38,699 nt of DNA from Frisingicoccus sp. (GTDB lineage: Bacteria; Bacillota; Clostridia; Lachnospirales; Lachnospiraceae). This document shows, piece after piece, positions 37,570 through 38,699 of the stretch; positions within the stretch are counted from its first letter, which is position 1; each line of letters starts with the position of its first letter. The translations under genes were made by a program, and so were the position numbers. The stretch is taken from NCBI GenBank assembly GCA_048357495.1, contig DBGCEW010000022.1, forward strand, positions 1 to 38,699, in the 5' to 3' direction. The notes beneath the pieces were generated by a model. The model made no database searches. It was given only the letters and a program-made list of their open reading frames with translations, and had not been told where the DNA came from.

Positions 37570-38625
37570 TTAAACTTCCAGTTTCATATCACCGTTGCGG
37601 ATATAGCCCATTTTCCGCATGCCTCTGGCCACGCCCATAGTAATGACTGCCGGAAGCAGAAAATGGAAAATTACAATCTTTATAAGTACCAGTACCGGTG
37701 ATTCAAATGCGGTCATCGTCTGATATGTCATAATCTGTCCGACAAGTCCGGCACTTCCCATCCCTGATCCTGTGGCATTGCTCACCATATGAAATAACGG
37801 TGAAATAGCAACAGGTCCAAGAATTGCCGAGGATAAAATCGGCGGAATCCATATCAAAGGTCTCCGGACAATATTCGGCACCTGAAGCATACTCGTTCCA
37901 AGTCCCTGAGAGATCAGGCCGCCAAGGCCATTGTCCCGGTAACTGATCACTGCAAAGCCAACCATCTGGCAACAGCATCCGATCGTTGCCGCTCCCGCAG
38001 CAACACCGTCCAGCCCAAGAATAATCCCAAGGGCCGCCGAGCTGATCGGCAGCGTCAGTACCATCCCCATAACAACCGATACGACCATTCCCATCACTAT
38101 CGGCTGCTGCTCCGTGCCCCAGTTAATGATCCCGCCAAGCCAGACCATAAATTCCGAAATCGGAGGACCCACAATAATGCCCACCGCACCTCCGGACAAA
38201 ATCGTTACCACCGGAGTTACCAGTAAATCTACCTTTGTTTTTCCCGCCACAAGATGTCCAAGCTGGATACCGACATAAGCCGCAATAAAAGCGCCGAGGG
38301 GTTCCCCCGGTCCGGACAGCGCCAGAACACCTTCTTCTGTCAGCAAAGTTCCTGACATAATGTTGCCGGCATAAGCGCCGATCATTCCCGCAGTTGCCGC
38401 CGACAGGGTCACATAAATGGATTCCTTAAATTTACAGGCAACACCCACGCCAATACCCGCGCCGGTCAGCCGCTGTGCGATGACGGCAAATGTGGATATA
38501 TACATCCCGATGTCACCGCCGATCAAATCTCCAATCTGTTTCATAATTGTCCCGATAATCAGGGTCGCAAAAAGCCCGAGTCCCATGCCGCTGAGACCGT
38601 CAATAAAAATCCGGGTCAGGAAGGC
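37570..38625 (-). CDS. PTS EIIC-like (PfoR/PTS_EIIC_2) membrane protein, apparently missing its native start
   Basis: IDGLSGMGLGLF, PGEPLGAF, PISSAA, GLGTSMLQVPNI and SGMGS. The frame is open to 38625, then hits TAA; the first ATG (38586) has no clear RBS. Confidence 0.8.
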   Translation of the reverse strand, partial: AFLTRIFIDGLSGMGLGLFATLIIGTIMKQIGDLIGGDIGMYISTFAVIAQRLTGAGIGVGVACKFKESIYVTLSAATAGMIGAYAGNIMSGTLLTEEGVLALSGPGEPLGAFIAAYVGIQLGHLVAGKTKVDLLVTPVVTILSGGAVGIIVGPPISEFMVWLGGIINWGTEQQPIVMGMVVSVVMGMVLTLPISSAALGIILGLDGVAAGAATIGCCCQMVGFAVISYRDNGLGGLISQGLGTSMLQVPNIVRRPLIWIPPILSSAILGPVAISPLFHMVSNATGSGMGSAGLVGQIMTYQTMTAFESPVLVLIKIVIFHFLLPAVITMGVARGMRKMGYIRNGDMKLEV

Positions 38626-38699
38626 TTAATAGTGATAAGGTACTATTTAGCATTGCGAGGGGCAGAGAACGGTGTGACCGCAATGGTCACGCCGTTTTT

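Overview
This window is chromosomal DNA from a low-GC Firmicute, probably Lachnospiraceae/Clostridia (inferred from gene families, a bofA-like gene and sigma-A-type promoters). The left part holds housekeeping genes: CBS-domain pyrophosphatase (partial), pgi, mtnN, TSCPD-murG, a G1P-dehydrogenase-like gene, HIT and an orphan histidine kinase. Next come a 10-gene Tad/Flp pilus operon (8471-17212), bofA and a TPR/AAA-like - amylase - glgB operon. A ~6.2 kb tyrosine-integrase element (23232-29486) with 79-bp direct repeats is inserted in that operon's promoter. It carries two tandem unannotated type I toxin-antitoxin modules, a 5'-truncated XRE repressor and an operon with a terminator-containing leader, encoding a cold-shock protein, a Zn-finger protein and a sigma-70 factor broken by one nonsense codon, followed by a short repeat array. 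An AT-rich relic, possibly an older sibling element, follows. The right part holds a Wadjet/MksBEF-like SMC trio (jetABC-like) with no jetD nuclease on either side. It lies downstream of two membrane-protein genes, the first of which appears to have lost its start at a junction near the window end. Family assignments come from motif recognition only; no database search was run.
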